Of a stretch of 64,000 bases of DNA, positions 12,704 to 22,750 are shown in pieces (the first letter of the stretch is position 1; every line of letters starts with the position of its first letter). Source of the DNA: the human T2T-CHM13v2.0 reference genome, Homo sapiens; the NCBI RefSeq assembly GCF_009914755.1, contig NC_060942.1; one strand, given 5' to 3'. The position numbers were made by a program, and so were the translations under genes. The notes beneath the pieces were generated by a model. The model saw only the letters and a program-made list of their open reading frames with translations. It was not told the DNA's origin and made no database searches.

Positions 12704-13574
12704 TGGGTTTGAAAAACCATGAGTTCACATCAAATACTCAAGTTATTGAGAATTGGGAAAATCTAAGAGCTGTAGAGAGTACTATGCATTTTGAACCCAT
12801 TTTCCCTGAGTGTGTGTCCTCAAATATAATTGTGTAGTCAAGTGGTATTCAGTCTTCTCTGTTGAGTGATTATGGTTGAGTTAGAAAATGGCAGTGACCT
12901 TTGACAGCAGAAGTGAAATGGCTGCTGAACGTACCATAGCAAGTTGTTGGAGCAGGAAGTTGGACTCACAGAGAAGTGCTCTTTCCATTACCCCATGCTG
13001 CCTCCCAGTGGGAAGGTGGCAATGGTGTTAGGATGTAATCTCATAAGTTACTATCTTTTCTTCCCACTGGACAGGTGGCTCAGAATTTTAGGATGACTTA
13101 TTAACTTAACAATGTTGGGTTTAGCATGCAATTTGAGAACTAAATGACTTCTCTTCAGGAAAAATTAAATATTTTGTTTTATTTATTTCAACCAAAGAAA
13201 AAAAATGACACTTTTTTTGCATTATGAGCTATTTATTAACATCGAGAGGCAAATCTGAAAACCTTCTTAAAGGGGATTTGATGTAACAGTGAAATGGCAA
13301 AGTAAAAATCATTTCCCCATGCCCGCATGCTCACCCCACCCTCCTTACACACACTCCCTGATAGGAGCATGATCACTCCCTCAGTGAAAATGTTGGAGAG
13401 GAATCTAGAGCCACAGCAGCGCTTCCTGGGTATTGCATACCTGTAACATTTGATCCTCTTAACTTTGCCGGTTGTCAGTTACTTCATTGCCTACCCCTGA
13501 CAGGTGGGCTGAAAGGGGTGGTATTGGGAGATGATTAGGGGCAGTGTCTCAGCACACAATCTTTGAATTGGTAT

Positions 13575-14250
13575 TGGAAAGTGGCTTGGAGGTCCACTGT
13601 TCTAACTTCCCATATCATAAAGGACTCTCTGACAAAAGGACATTCTGTCTCGTCTTAAATTTCCAGCAGCTTCTCTATTTCTGAACATTTTTGATTTTCA
13701 GAAAACATTTTATATTTTGCGGAAATCTATTTCCCAGCTACTTTCATCATTAGTCTCTTCCTGGAATTATGCATATTGTACAAGTCTAATTATTCTTCTG
13801 TGCCTTGGCCCTTGATGTATTTGAAGACAGACATCATCCCTGACCCTCCCCACTCTACATCCAAGTTTTTTTGTTTTGTTTTGTTTGTTGGATTTTTTCC
13901 GGCTGGAGTGCAGTGGTGCCATCTCGGCTCACTACAACCTCTGCCTCCTGGGTTCAAGCAATTCTGCCTCAGCCTCCTGAGTAGCTGGGACTACAGGTGC
14001 ACACCACCACATCCAAGTAATTTTTGTATTTTTAGTAGAGATGGGGTTTCACCACGTTGGTCAGGATGATCTCGGCCTCCCAAAGTGCTGGGATTACAGG
14101 TGTGAGCCACCACACCCAGCCCTACATCCAAATTTTGACTCTTCAGGCTAAATATCCTCATTTTTCCTCCTATGATATCTTTCTTCTTTGATAACCACCA
14201 TTATTTGTGTTTCTGTTTATCTTCTCCAGTTTGTCAATGTCCTTCTTACT
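13575..14250 (-). mobile_element. L3/CR1 relic interrupted by an Alu
   Basis: CCCTTGATGTATTTGAAGACAG before the Alu and TCTTCAGGCTAAATATCCTCA after it, colinear with the L3 at 9915-10450. Confidence 0.6.
13865..14121 (-). mobile_element. AluS with internal deletions
   Basis: GGCTGGAGTGCAGTGG...GGGATTACAGGTGTGAGCCACCACACCCAGCC; TSD CTACATCCAA at 13855-13864 and 14122-14131. Confidence 0.95.
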
Positions 14251-14329
14251 CTGTACTCTTTGATTACAGATATTTAAGCAGCCATCAATCCACCCAACTG
14301 TACCATCACACACACACACAGGGTTCTAT

Positions 14330-14900
14330 CAAAACTGCAAGGGTTGATCGGAAATGTTTACCCAGCTGTCGCCCAGAGTGTATTGACTCACTCCTGTTGA
14401 GACTTTGCTTCGCTTCTGGTGGGGCAGCTGTGCACTCCTCACTTTTGATTTTCTGCCTTGTTGCAGAAAAGCACGATAGAGGTTAAGATTGCATTTGCGC
14501 TCCAGAGTTGCTGAATCTCTCTGCTTTTAAGTTCTGCGGGGTCCTTTGGGGGCCATTTGAAACCCAAATTGGTGAGGTGTGGCCCACAGTCTGTGGCCAC
14601 ATAACTCACTTGGGCTGCTTCCCTATCCCACGCTGTCAGCTGAAGCTTCGGGGCATCCCTATGTTTGAGAAAAAACAATCTGGACCTTCTGTATATTAGA
14701 AAGGGTGAGGATCTGAAGCTTTTGTGAAGACAATATGGTGCTTCTATTGATCCATGTGAGTCGAACATATGGAGGCTCTGCAAAAAAAAAATAAAGTCTG
14801 CCCTATTTAGCGACCCGGGCTGATGAGAAGGTGTGTTACAAATTCGTATTCCTCCCAGCATGTGGTCTGGGACACATCGGGCTCATTTTACTGATGAGTT
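14330..14900. promoter_or_regulatory. Candidate promoter/enhancer island
   Basis: Non-repeat DNA with locally retained CpGs; ETS-like CGGAAAT (~14349), FOX TGTTTAC (14355-14361), CAGCTG E-boxes, AP-1 TGACTCA (14384-14390). Confidence 0.4.
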
Positions 14901-15689
14901 CCTCGAATCAAGCAGGGGCCATCATCTTTTACCAGTTTATAGCATTAATTGAGTTGTGTGGGAAACACTGCAGGTGCGTCTGTGAGAGGAGAGAAAATTA
15001 GGAAATGCTGTTCCAGCTCTCAGAGAATAGGTAAATAGAAAAGAGTGAGCAGCCGTGTAACTGGCAGCATATGAACAAGAGCAGCTGTGCAGGGGCAAAA
15101 CGAGGCCATCTTTTTAGATGGAGGAAGACAGCTCTAGTGCTAATGGGGGAAGACAATCTGAGCTTTGGGCTGTTCTCTTGGTTATGGTGACCACATTCAT
15201 CAAGCCAGAAATACAGACCTGTGGTGTGATAGAGGATTTTTAGTGCACTTCTGGGAGTGTTGAGTTGGTAAACCTTGGTTACTGAAGTATTGAGACTTCC
15301 AGTATATGAGAGTGTTCAGTAGAGACAGTAAATCAGAATACTGGAAGTATCAGCTGTCCTAAAAAGGTAGGTGTGTATGGTAATTGTTGTGATAGTGCCC
15401 AGACTTCTGAGGAATGGAAACCCTGACTCTAAACTCACTCAGGGCTCTTTGCTTGTAACTCAGCATACCTTTCCATAGAGAGATGCCTGTTTCATTGTTC
15501 CTCCACATTCTTTCTGGATCCCACAGCAGTGACCCATATTGATCAAAGGTCTTTTTAGCCACACCACTACTTGATTCTATATATTTATAACTCATGACCT
15601 TTAAATTGAGTTACACTATTAAGCACCAATGGGTTTCCTGGAAGTAATATATTTATACAGTGAATGTACATTGAGGATGTGAATGGCTA

Positions 15690-15895
15690 GCCACGTCTCA
15701 ATTTATGGTACATAGGAGAATCACTTGGGAAAATTTAAATATAGATAGAGAGATATAGATGGATAGACAAATTTTCTGTCTCCAACTTCTAATTTAGCGT
15801 GGCTAGAATGGAAGCCACCTAGAAAGTTAGAATTTTAATAAGCCCTGCAGGTAAATCTGATGGAGGGCTTCCAGATGTGTATTTTCAAATGCTAG
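15690..15895. mobile_element. MER5-type hAT MITE relic
   Basis: GAATCACTTGGGAAAATTT...AATTTTAATAAGCCCTGCAGGTAAATCTGATG. Confidence 0.55.
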
Positions 15896-16912
15896 CTGGA
15901 AGACAATTCTCTCAAGGGGCCCCAATTTCCTGAGTTTGGGGAAGGAAGCCAGGAAGGCTGCCTCCAGGATTTTCTCTCCCTTCTCCCAGTCTTCATGAAA
16001 GGGCTTCGAGTTCTACTGTACAGTCTTGCCAAGCAGAGTTTGGAGCAGAGTAAATTCCTTTTAGGATTAGAGGATTAGGAAGCTGAAAGGTGATTCAAAT
16101 TCTTGATTAAACAGAAAGAAGGAAACAGGAGGGGACACACCCGAGCACCCACATCACTCCAATGTGTTTTCTCTGTAATTAAAGGAAGTGATTGTAAAAT
16201 ATTTGAGAGGATTAAATGCTCAGAGAATATAGTGATCAAATAACATGAGATGCTGCATTCTTTAAAATGATCTCTGGCTTGGCTTTCCATGTGTTTTTTA
16301 ACTGCTGTCACTTATACCTCAACACTGAGGGATTGCCCAAATGGAAATACTCTCTGCTAAGTTTGGAAAACAGCCCTGGGTCTCATATCGGGAGATACTG
16401 GGTTCTAGTCTGGGGTCCTCCATGAATTTTTAAGTGACAGTGAGATAAGGTATAATGTTTTTATTGCTCGTTTTTTGTTCCTTTTGTAGAGTTAAAACAA
16501 TAATTCCTTCAATGTCTTTCTATGCTTTTGCCTTTATTAATATCCACTACTCCACCAATGATGTGTTGAAAAGCCATTTTAAATATTCTCTAGAACAAAT
16601 GATATTCTCTAAATATTCTCTAGAACAAAGGAAGTAAATTTTTAAATAAATAGTCACATTTGTCGAGTAATTTCCAGACACCAAACTTTTTTGGGGAATA
16701 GAGAGAGGCATTCCTCCCCAAAGGAGATCATAACCGGGGATTGCAAGGGGTCCTGGTGATTTAACAAGAAAGGAAGGCAATTCTGTCTCCAAAATAAAAC
16801 TGCAATAGTTCCTCAGGCCAGTGCATGTTGGCCATGCTGTATGGTCAGCCATGTAGGAGAGAGCTCCAAGCCTTGGGACCATACAGCTCAGGACTGGACT
16901 CACCACTCAGCT

Positions 16913-17084
16913 CAGGACTGGCTTCATGGGCATTCCACGCTGGCAGTAATGAAGGGCCCACACTTAGAAGATCTCACACTTGGTTTAGTGCTTGGTTTTT
17001 GCTATCTGAAATTCTTAATCTTTGAACAAGGGGCCTCACAACTTTATTATGCATTGATCTCCACAAACTATGTAGCTGGTCCTG
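16913..17084 (+). mobile_element. MER91A hAT MITE
   Basis: CAGGACTGGCTTCATGGG...TGAAATTCTTAAT...TGAACAAGGGGCC...TATGTAGCTGGTCCTG; terminal inverted repeats; 8-bp TSD ACTCAGCT/ACTCAGAT. Confidence 0.88.
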
Positions 17085-17254
17085 ACTCAGATTCTATGTG
17101 CCCTTGGACAAATTACTCATCCCTCTAAGGTAGAAGAGACCCAAAATTCATTTATATGATTGTGATGACAAAATACAAAAATATATATTAAATGCTTTTT
17201 AAGTATAAGATATTTAATAAATATTATGATTAAAGGAAAGGAGAAAGACTAGAG

Positions 17255-17454
17255 CTGAAATTGGCCAACTTTTTCTATAATAGGCTGAACAGTAAATATT
17301 TTAGGCTTTGCAAGCCATACAGTTGCTGTTGCAATGACACAACCCTGCCACTGTAGCTTGAAAGCAGTCATAGATCATGCAATAATGAATGGGTGCATCT
17401 GTGTTGCAATAAAACTTTATTTAAAAAACAGGTGATACAATTTGCCAACCCCTG
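17255..17454 (-). mobile_element. MER58A hAT-Charlie MITE
   Basis: AGTAAATATTTTAGGCTTTGC...CAATAAAACTTTATTT...TTTGCCAACCCCTG; TSD GACTAGAG/GACTAGAA. Confidence 0.9.
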
Positions 17455-17503
17455 GACTAGAAGGTAGCAAAGCCAAAGAGAAAGAAAGCTGAGATGAATA
17501 GAT

Positions 17504-17682
17504 CAGTGGTTTCAAAGTGTGATCTTAGGACAACAGCATCATTAGTACCTGTTAGAAATGCAGGTTCTCAGGTCTTCCCCCTGACTTGCTATCTCAGAGG
17601 TTCTGGGGTTGGGCCCCAGCAATCTGTGTTTAACACATCCTGCCAGTGATTCTGATGCATGGCCCAAGTTTGGGAACCACTG
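17504..17682 (+). mobile_element. MER5A hAT MITE
   Basis: CAGTGGTTTCAAAGTGTG...TGTTAGAAATGCAG...GGGCCCCAGCAATCTGTGTTTAAC...GTGATTCTGATGCA...AGTTTGGGAACCACTG. Confidence 0.9.
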
Positions 17683-17980
17683 CTCTTAAAGAAATTCAAG
17701 AATGTCAAACTAAATTGGAGAACAAACTTAAGAAGAATCCATCAATTGACTGTTGATCATTATAGTGATCTTTATGCTGCCTTATAGTTGTGAACACACC
17801 TCAAAGCTTTTCTGCTTTTCTCTCCATTAATCCTCATAACCAGCCTGTGTTTCATAAGAAAATAGTCTTACAGAAAATTATTTGAGTGATTTATTTTCTC
17901 TGTTCTCCCAAGGATGATACATAGCTAGTACCTTTCTAGATTCATAGGAGAAAAATTCGTTCACAATGAATGCCACAGAA

Positions 17981-18148
17981 CATTAGTTTGCAAAGTGTGC
18001 CCCCCAGACCAGCAGCATCAGCATCCTCTGGGGACTTGTTGGAAAGGCAAATTCTCAGGCTGTACTGATTACTCTGGGGATTGGTCCCAGTACTGTTTTA
18101 ACCAGCCCTCCCGGTGATTCTGAGCACACACTAGTTGGAGAACCGCTG
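17981..18148 (+). mobile_element. MER5A/MER5A1 hAT MITE
   Basis: CAAAGTGTG...GACCAGCAGCATCAGCATC...AAATTCTCAGGC...GGTGATTCTGA...GAGAACCGCTG. Confidence 0.88.
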
Positions 18149-19367
18149 GGTAAGGGAACTAAGGCCTCCCAACTCTGCTTGAGAAGGGCTGCCACAACCA
18201 CCAGTGAAGGAAATGGGTTGAGTAATTGCCCAAGGGCACTTGGCTGGTACCAGGAAGGGTGTGGATTTGAGTCCAAGCCTTCCAATTCTAAGCCCAGGGA
18301 CTTTTATACTCTGCCAAATAATACTAGAAACAAATAAAATCTCCTGTCTCCCCCGACCTTTTTAATTTAACATGTGAATTCATTTAACTCCACAAAAACA
18401 ATAAACTACACATGGGTCTTTAATATATAAAACAGAACAAACTGTTTAATTTAACACCCTGAGAAGATTCAGCTTCCTCACTTGGGCTAATATTGTTAAT
18501 TTAGTTTTGTTGGGGGAATTAGCCAACTCTTGCTTTGATGGGTTCTCTTCTTTCTACCCTACCCTGCCTAGCATGAGGAAAAATCTCTAGTCCTGCAGTG
18601 GTGTATAGCTCTGTCTATTCTGTGCTCTTCTATCTATTCTGGGATGAGACTGGACTTTCTTGTCCTTTGTTCAGGCAGGAGCAATGGCATTGAAAAGTTG
18701 AAAGAAAAATAAAGTCAGCAGGAGATAGACTTTTGAGCTTCTAGCTTTTGAAGCCAAACAGATTCATCTAATGAATTCCGTCTTTTTGTGATTCTTTGTA
18801 TTCTTAACATCATCTTTGCCTGCATATGAGTGACTTCTGGCCACCGAGGGGCAGCACTTCAGCCTGTGGCCATGTGGGAGGCATTTTCTTCCTTTTGGCT
18901 GAAGCTTTGGGTATGATGGGAGGTAGGGAAGGTGGGGAATGGGTGGCACAACCCTCTGCCTGTAGCATTTAACCCACACAGTGGGCTTGGTGACATCCTA
19001 GTGATTTGATTTATTCCACCCCTAGAATCCAACCTTTCCTGTCATTACAGCCAGACATTATACACTTAGGGCATAAATATGCTGCACATAGAAGCTATAG
19101 GGAAACACTTGATACTGGGGAGATCCATTCTGTAATAATTGTGACTTGACCAGTTAGAAATATTACCCAGGGACAAGCATTCTTAGAAATGTTTAACCAT
19201 TAAGGTTCTTAAACCATTAAGAATCACTACTTTTTATTAAATTTCTTTCCCACCAGTATATATTTTAACACATCTTTTAAATTCCCATAGAAAGTGCTAA
19301 TTCCCCAGTTACAAACTTATTTTAGAATCTAGTTATTCTGCCTATCTAGGCTCATGTCTGTCTAGAG

Positions 19368-19554
19368 CTGTATGCTTTCATGTAGTAGCCAGTAGCCACA
19401 TGTGGCTATTTAAGTTTGAATTAATTAAAATTAAGTACAATTTAAAATTCAGTTCTTGGGTCACACTAGCCACATTTCAAGTACTCAGTAGTTCGATGTG
19501 GCTAGTGGCTGGACAGTGCAGGTGTGTAATAGTGCCATCATTTGAACAGCACTG
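19368..19554 (-). mobile_element. MER3 hAT MITE
   Basis: TAGCCACATGTGGCTATTTAAGTTTGAATTAATTAAAATTAA...CTAGCCACATTTCAAGTACTC; CTAGA-containing flanks. Confidence 0.9.
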
Positions 19555-19586
19555 CCCTAGAACTCTGTTCCCACTCACTACATATA

Positions 19587-19617
<31 letters not shown>

Positions 19618-19623
19618 GTCTCT
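19587..19623. repeat. (TC)n microsatellite
   Basis: Imperfect TC dinucleotide run. Confidence 0.9.
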
Positions 19624-19911
19624 TACAATTTATAGTGTCTTCTCATGTCCTTTGCTCCTATCAAACCTATCTTAACCAGCACCTGTGTTAAATATTTATT
19701 TCTACATTATATAGTCTAATTGCTAATATTGTTTCATGTATGTACCTTTTAATAAGAGTAAAACTTCCCAGCTAAATTGGGTTGGGGCTCTTGATGGTGG
19801 AATTTCAGATATCAGCTAGTGCAAGAGAGAGGTGGAGCCAGGCAGGGGTGGGTGGGCTGGGAATGGCATTCAACCAGGCCCTCCCCAAATCATACACAGT
19901 AGATAGGCATT

Positions 19912-20530
19912 TTCTAGCCAATGTTTACTATGAAAATGTAAAAAGATACAGAAAATTTGAAAGAATACCAGATTATTATTGGTTCATGATTTTACATGTG
20001 AATATATAAGATATGTTTTGCAATTTTATAAATGTTCATGTCTTTTTATAAAAAAAGATGCTATTGATATTCTGTCTCTAGCAGGCAAGAATACTTGAGT
20101 AACTCTTTTTACCTCTTTATGGTATTTTCAGAATAAATTCTGACTTATGTTATTGGGATTATTAGTGCCTCATTAATTCAGCAATAAATGAAAATATGGA
20201 TCTCAAAAATTGGTAATAAAAAGTTATTTCATATATATGTGATAAAGTTTACATGTTATATATATATATGTTGTATTGCCAAATATGGCTATTAAATACT
20301 ATATAATATTTTTTTAAAAAATAATACAATGAACATCTATATACCTCTACCTAGATTCAAATATAGCTGAAATTTGCCAAATTTATCAAATTTGTTGGCC
20401 CATTTGAAAGGTCGATTGCAGGAAGCATGACCATCCACTGCTACGTACTTCAGTGAGTACTTCTTAATTCCCTTACTTAACCACGTCACCATTTTTCACA
20501 CACACACAAAATAAACACTGATTCCACATC
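19912..20530 (-). mobile_element. Old L1ME-type 3' end split by a retroposed insert
   Basis: TACTATGAAAATGTAAAAAGATACAGAAAATTTGAAAGAATAC, then the insert, then AATACAATGAACATCTATATACCTCTACCTAGATTCAA; the two sides join into the typical L1ME terminus. Confidence 0.7.
19969..20318 (+). pseudogene. 5'-truncated processed-pseudogene fragment (mRNA 3'UTR only; SP3-like from memory, unverified)
   Basis: AT-rich non-TE insert with AATAAA at 20132, 20183 and 20215, ATTAAA at 20291, residual A-run; TSD AAAGAATAC (19960-19968) / AAATAATAC (20319-20327). Confidence 0.65.
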
Positions 20531-21299
20531 AGTTAAGCATTTACTGACACTAAACACACCCACCTGTTCCTATTCTATTCCACATAAAAAAATAGGTTTT
20601 AGGTATAAAATAAAGCTCTTTTTCCCCACTTACTCTGGGCAGTGCCTCTCCAACATGCATACACCTGCTGCCCACACAAGGAGTTCAGGGCATTTGTCTT
20701 CCTTGCTTGCCCTGAAATGTCAGGGAAAAGGTAGAGAAATAGATCATTATCTGATGTTATTGACAACTTAGATCCCTTTCGCTTATCAGCCAACTAAGTA
20801 AGAAAACTCTCTTTTGAACAATGCCCAGCCACGCTGTGAGACAGCTTTTAAACCAATCTACAGAGAGTCCAAGATGACTCTATGGGGATGACATAGATGA
20901 TGAGAGAGAAAGAAACAAAGAAATGGAAGGCACAGTCCTTGCCCTCAAAAACTTGATAAAGCAGTCAGGGCTTTTGAGCTGGACAAATACAACTGTCATT
21001 ATTATTGTAACACCTATCACACAATCTCTTTTTCTCTACAGTGAGCTTCTTGCAAGTATCTTCATCCCCAGGGTATATCACAGACTAGGTACAAAATAAA
21101 TGCTTATTGAAATTCACCACAAACAGTCATCAGACCCAGTTCATCTAATTTCACAGAGTAGGTGCTCAGTAAATACCACAGTGGTTAAATTGAACTGATT
21201 TATTCATCTCCTTTCTGGGAACTCTTTGAAACTTAATATCTGTATTGCTCATTTGATAGTCTGATGTTGTTATTTAATAATTGACATCTTATTTATTTT

Positions 21300-21470
21300 T
21301 CCTTATATATAGCTTGTCTCCATATTAAATTAAAGGTCTTTTAGGCCAGGAGCTACATCTTCTAGTTCTTATTATCTTACATAAAATCTTCTAGGGTACT
21401 GAGTCTACAGCAGGCAACTCATACATATTTGCTCAATGAGTGGACACATAGATGAATAAATGAATGAATT
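21300..21470 (+). mobile_element. L2 3' end
   Basis: CTTGTCTCC...AGGCCAGGAGCTACATCT...ATATTTGCTCAATGAGTG...TGAATAAATGAATGAA. Confidence 0.65.
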
Positions 21471-22014
21471 AAACAGAATTGAATTTTGCAAACAGGAAAT
21501 ACAATTATTTTGGAGATGAGGCTTAGTGTGGATCCATGCTATAAAATCAATGACACTATCGCTTTTTCAAAAATAAGGGCAAAATGAATTACTCCTCTGT
21601 GACTAACTTTTTTTGTTTATGCATAAGATTTCTAGTTTTCTGACAATACATACACACAAAACATAACACAAATGCAAAGCTATTTGTTGCTCTATGCCTG
21701 GGAGTGAGTGCATATTCCTTTTTGTTTCATGGGCATATGTCACCTCTGTTCATTTTGCTTTGAATTCGCCTGCTCTTGTAAGTATAATGCAGTGGATTTA
21801 AATGTCCTCTTTATAGTGTTTTTCTCATAGTCAAAGATGTCAATAAAGTTGGTATTACCAATAAGAAAAAAAGAAACCTCCCAAAATGGAAACTAATTTT
21901 CACAGACTTAGCAATGCAAAATCCTGTGATTGTATTGAAACTAGCTAATTACAGAGCACAGGTTGTAATGAATCTGACTTGATAACAGCTTATCTTAAAA
22001 AGACCTGGTCATCT

Positions 22015-22385
22015 GTGGTTAGGGTAGGCTAGACTGACTTAACAACTATGTGATGGTTCAGGGCCTGATGTTTCTGGCTAGTAAGCAATACTTCTCCATG
22101 CAGTGACTCAGGGACCCAGGCTCCTTCTACCTCATGGTTCTGCCATCTGCTAGGTCTTATCTTCTTGCATCAAGTTGGCAAAATAGGAAAATGGGAGCAT
22201 GATAGAGCACTTTCATTCCTCTAAAGACTTAGGACTTGGTTGAAAAAAGGCACATCTCTTCTGCTCACATGCCACTGAAACTATCTCTGGTGGCCACATC
22301 TAACAAATGGGAGTTGACAAATGTAATCTAGTGGTATACTCCAGAAAGAAATGGATTTTTCATGAAGGGCTAGCAACCTCCGACA
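22015..22385 (-). mobile_element. MLT1 (I/J-like) MaLR LTR
   Basis: CTCCATGCAGTGACTCAGGGACCCAGGCTCCTTC...GTTCTGCCATC...CTTCTGCTCACAT...TGGCCACATCTAAC...AAATGTAATCTAG. Confidence 0.7.
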
Positions 22386-22389
22386 GGAA

Positions 22390-22750
22390 GTTTTAGGTGA
22401 CCTCAAAATGCAACAGATCAAAGGAAAATGTAGACCATGAATAAAAGTATAAGAGACCACAATTATAGAGGTGAGTAGCTTTAGGATAACATACTGGTAC
22501 AACCCAGCTGGAGCAGGTGTCCGGGTACCACATATTAAAGGGAACCTCAATAAAACAAAGCTGGAACAGAAAAGAACAGACCAAGTTCAGTGGAGTCCAA
22601 GAAGCATGTTCAGGGAGAGAAGATGACTAGCATTGGAGATGTTTGTCCTGGGCAAAAAAGATATGGGAATATGCAGTGATTGCTAAAAGCCTTTTAGAAG
22701 ATGAAGCTGACTTTTTCTGGAGGGTTACAGAAGCTTGAATGGTGACTCCC
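22390..22750 (+). mobile_element. L3/CR1 relic
   Basis: CAGCTGGAG...GGGTACCACATATTAAAGGG...AAAGCTGGAAC...GGAGATGTTTGTCCTGGG. Confidence 0.55.

Larger units (their letters stand above)
3249..14800 (-). ncRNA. Candidate spliced lncRNA inferred from splice signals only
   Basis: Minus-strand donors CAA|GTGAGT (14604-14609), CAG|GTATGC (13435-13440), GAG|GTAAAA (8808-8813), AAG|GTGAGT (4053-4058), AGG|GTAAGT (3243-3248); acceptors at 13509-13510 (with CTAAT branch point) and 9004-9005; no transcript data. Confidence 0.3.

Noticed and set aside
12273-12837. Pro/Ser- and Gly/Glu/Arg-rich ORFs of 72-151 aa
   Set aside because: Produced by the stop-free GA tract plus AluJ
13335-13440. Alternative minus-strand exon reading TTACAG/GTATGC as an acceptor
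   Set aside because: Poor pyrimidine tract; the site fits better as the donor of 13441-13508
19195-19221. AACCATTAAG direct repeat
   Set aside because: Only 10 bp in AT-rich DNA; within chance
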